This document shows positions 63,296-64,000 of a stretch of 64,000 bases of DNA, in pieces; position 1 is the first letter of the stretch; the number at the start of each line of letters is the position of its first letter. The notes below the pieces were generated by a model that made no database searches, had not been told where the DNA came from, and worked only from the letters and a program-made list of their open reading frames with translations. The stretch comes from Mytilus californianus (taxonomy: Eukaryota). Both the position numbers and the translations under genes were made by a program. The DNA lies in NCBI RefSeq assembly GCF_021869535.1, contig NW_026262581.1:96100001-96164000 (forward strand). The letters are read 5' to 3'.

Positions 63296-63695
63296 TTTTA
63301 TGGCGGCATGTAGTGTTACCCTTGACCGTCCATTCCATTTTCGTTTCCGCACTAACCTTAGTTTGTCTCATGCAAATTTGATGAAACTCACACACAATGC
63401 TATAAATCAAAACTTGCGGGCAGAGTTCGAATTTGGGCAGTGAGTCATTTACCGTTCAAGAATTATTCCCCTTTATAACTTGGAAAATTGCAAATCTTTG
63501 GTTTCCGCACTCTAACTGAAGTTTTCCTCGTCCAAATTTTATGAACTCATACACAATGTATGAGATCCGAATTTAGCAGACAGAGTTCGAATTTGGGGAG
63601 TGAGTCACTTACTGTTCTAGAGTTAAACCCCTTTTTAACTTTTTAAAATTGCAAAGCTTGAACGGGGGCATTCGTGTCCTGGGACACATTATTTT
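63296..63695 (+). mobile_element. Partial HINE-like element with two ~165-bp units
   Basis: 3' end gggggcattcgtgtcctgggacac as in the other copies; duplicated gcagagttcgaatttggg..gtgagtca. Confidence 0.55.
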
Positions 63696-64000
63696 ATTCA
63701 TCTATACATCCATTGGTCAAGATAAGTTACTACAAATTTATTGCAATGTTTAACTTGGTTTTCAGAAGGAAAAAATCTGCGTTATTTAAATGAAGTACAG
63801 TGGGTGACTTACAACACTTTCCCTGCAATAACTTATGAACCTTTCAACCAATGCTTTTAAAATCTTAATGTGTTGTTTCCAAAGACAAAATGGAGGTCAA
63901 GTTAGATTTTGACTTTACTGTTCAAGAATAATCATCATTGATAGATCGGAAAATGGCACTTTATGTTGTTTCCGTACATTTACTTATGAACTATTCAGCC

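Overview
AT-rich, intron-rich animal genomic DNA. The repeat families, Helentron-type satellite carriers and SINE domains suggest a bivalve, probably Mytilus (inference). I assembled three multi-exon genes by hand from GT/AG sites with consistent phases. (1) Plus strand, 9092-20344: an uncharacterised 650-aa type I membrane protein (signal peptide, divergent CUB-like domain, TM, long PPxY/PDZ-ligand tail). (2) Minus strand, 36969-26425: APEX2, 543 aa, 6 coding exons. (3) Plus strand, 44550-56985: a LAP2beta/TMPO-like protein (LEM-like + LEM + TM), 285 aa, 6 coding exons. The rest is dense with mobile DNA. The most notable element is a young Ngaro/PAT-type tyrosine-recombinase retroelement (13656-17806, minus) with split direct repeats A1-YR-B1-A2-B2. 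Its two 987-bp B copies show no difference I could find by eye and its YR ORF is intact, but gag and RT are deleted. Other items: a DIRS1-type remnant whose YR can be reassembled across a hAT-like TIR element and a LINE that itself hosts a HINE; a 3.5-kb element with perfect 32-bp TIRs and a 7-bp TSD; several TIR elements with 6-bp TSDs; many Helentron-associated (HINE-like) elements carrying 135-190-bp satellite arrays, some nested; a decayed Penelope-type hammerhead motif; SINEs and LINE fragments. No CRISPR, rRNA or true tRNA genes were found. All coordinates were counted by eye and may be off by a few bases at repeat ends.
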